A stretch of DNA of 64,000 nucleotides from Podarcis muralis. Its lineage: Eukaryota. Location: contig NC_135662.1 of NCBI RefSeq assembly GCF_964188315.1, positions 30,690,001-30,754,000 on the forward strand, given 5' to 3'. The position numbers and the translations under genes were made by a program. The notes beneath the pieces are model-generated. The model was not told where the DNA came from and made no database searches. It worked only from the letters and a program-made list of their open reading frames with translations. How positions within the stretch are numbered: the stretch's first letter is position 1; the number at the start of each line of letters is the position of its first letter. This document shows, piece by piece, positions 62,261 to 64,000 of this stretch.

Positions 62261-64000
62261 ATATATCTACAACATGTGAATAGCCACACAATAATCTGAC
62301 CGAAAATATGCCCTCTATACAGCACATGAGATGTTCTTAGAGTTTGTCAGTTCATATTCTTTAGATTGCTGAAATGCCAGTATGAAATGTTCTAAATGTT
62401 CTTCAATCAGATTTTCTGGATAGCTGAAATGTCAAATGCTTTTCAGCTTATTAGCCTTCTTCACTTGCCTATTTTGTGACGCAGCATCCTTTATGCATGA
62501 GTTCAGTCAAATTAGATCCAAATATCACCCTTGTTAGAATCAAGGTCAAAAGACATCATCTCCAGTTGGCAATCATCAGTAAAAAATTCTAGAAGCAACT
62601 AATGACCATGAGAGGAAGAAAGAAATGGAGACCCTTGATGTGCAGGTGACAGCAGTAGCAACAGGGCCAGCTAGCAGTGGCACCAATTTTACACTTTTCT
62701 AGGCCTGCCATCTAAGGCAAATGTCTCCATTTGCGTAATGCTAGGTCCAGCCAGAGCTGGATCTAATATCAGGCAATATTAAATCCCTGATTGATCTTCC
62801 TGATTGATCACAGGCATGATCTGATGGACCCACTTTTGGAAACAGAACCTATATTAGGGTCTTTGGATGAATTCTTGACAGCACTAGATATGTTGGATAA
62901 ATTATCAATTTATTCTGTTTCAGCTATGTGTTGTCCTGAACCATTGTGTTATCCATTGCTAAGAAGAAGTTGCTGCCCAAATAAAACACTGGGAGGTCCT
63001 CTTCTGGATCTGTCACTGGATAAGCACAGTAAAAGTGAGGAGGGTGGTTTTCAAAATGGAGGGATATAAGTGGACGCCCCAGGTATTCTATAACTAAGAG
63101 CAAGAGGAACAAGTTGCCTCAGCACTGCCTTGCTGAAACTGCCAAGGCTTTGTAATCTGTCCTGCAGGATTATAACTAAAGCCCACCTTCTTAGAGCTGC
63201 AACATGGTAGTCAATGGATAAGTGTTGTGTTGTTTGGTTCTTTCTAGGCAACAAGGTTTGGAGTTCTGGGGACTTGGTCTGTAGAGCTTTCTTGCACCTC
63301 AGAAGGATTGGTAGTCATTTTATCAAAACTAGGATACATTCCCAGGGATTGTGGAGCTAGATGCTGAATCTGATGCCACTGGTTCTACTCAGAAAGAGCT
63401 AGGAAGTAGGTCTGTGCCCTCCTCAGAGCTGCTACTCCTTGGGGGCTCAGAGTCTACAGACAAAAGTCTGAGGCTATGGCATACATTCATCCGGAGCATA
63501 ATATAATAGGGGCTATAGTCAGTGACTGGGAAGAGTGGCAGAACTTAGCTGCCCTCCCATAACTGGCATCGCTGCACCTTATTGGGAAGAAGAGTGGGAG
63601 ACAGAAGGCAGTGGCAAGGTCAGTGCAGTGCAAATGCACTGGTAGGAGTACTGGGCTGACTTTAACCTCACTGCTGCTTTTGGCTTCCTCCTCCTAGGTA
63701 GCTGCAGCAATGCCTGTGACAGAAGGTCAGGTAAGCACCACTACCCTGACTCATTGACCACCATTAGCTGCAGCTCAGTAGCAGAGCCCATGTCGTTTCT
63801 CATGCAGTAGGTTCCAAGTTGAATCCCTAGCATCTTCAATTAACAGGGTATCAGCAAGCAGAGGCTGGAAAAGACCTATTTCAAGAGCCCTGGAGAGCTT
63901 CTGCCTATCATAGCACAGAGTACTGGCCTAACCTGATTCAGCAGAAGGAAGATTAATGTGCTTAATATTTTCAGAGTAACTTTTCCAGTAATACCTGTAT

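Noticed and set aside
62790-63400. Possible decayed retroelement coding sequence
   Set aside because: No diagnostic RT, RNase H or integrase motif could be read in any frame, so it was left unannotated.

Overview
Vertebrate nuclear DNA, very likely from a squamate and probably a lacertid lizard. This is inferred from Sauria SINEs, Squam3-type CORE SINEs and Bov-B LINE fragments. No host protein-coding exon, tRNA, rRNA or CRISPR array could be identified. Every ORF I could assign to a family is a retrotransposon remnant (L1 ORF2 C-terminus, Bov-B/RTE ORF end, L2 ORF2/RT). The window reads as a large intron or gene desert. It holds many lineage-specific transposons (SINEs, LINE 3' ends, Tc1/mariner-pogo and hAT MITEs, one solo LTR). 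Between them are transposon-free, motif-dense blocks that look like conserved non-coding elements, but conservation cannot be shown without alignments. There is a 292-N assembly gap at 46263-46554. The best leads are an ancient LF-SINE relic, candidate recursive-splice sites and non-coding or poison exons in transposon-free blocks, a nested tail-to-tail Sauria SINE pair, an unexplained 509-bp TSD-flanked retro-insert and an isolated 58-nt hairpin. I see no evidence of a new multi-gene system. Repeat family names come from recalled consensus sequences and need Dfam/Repbase confirmation.
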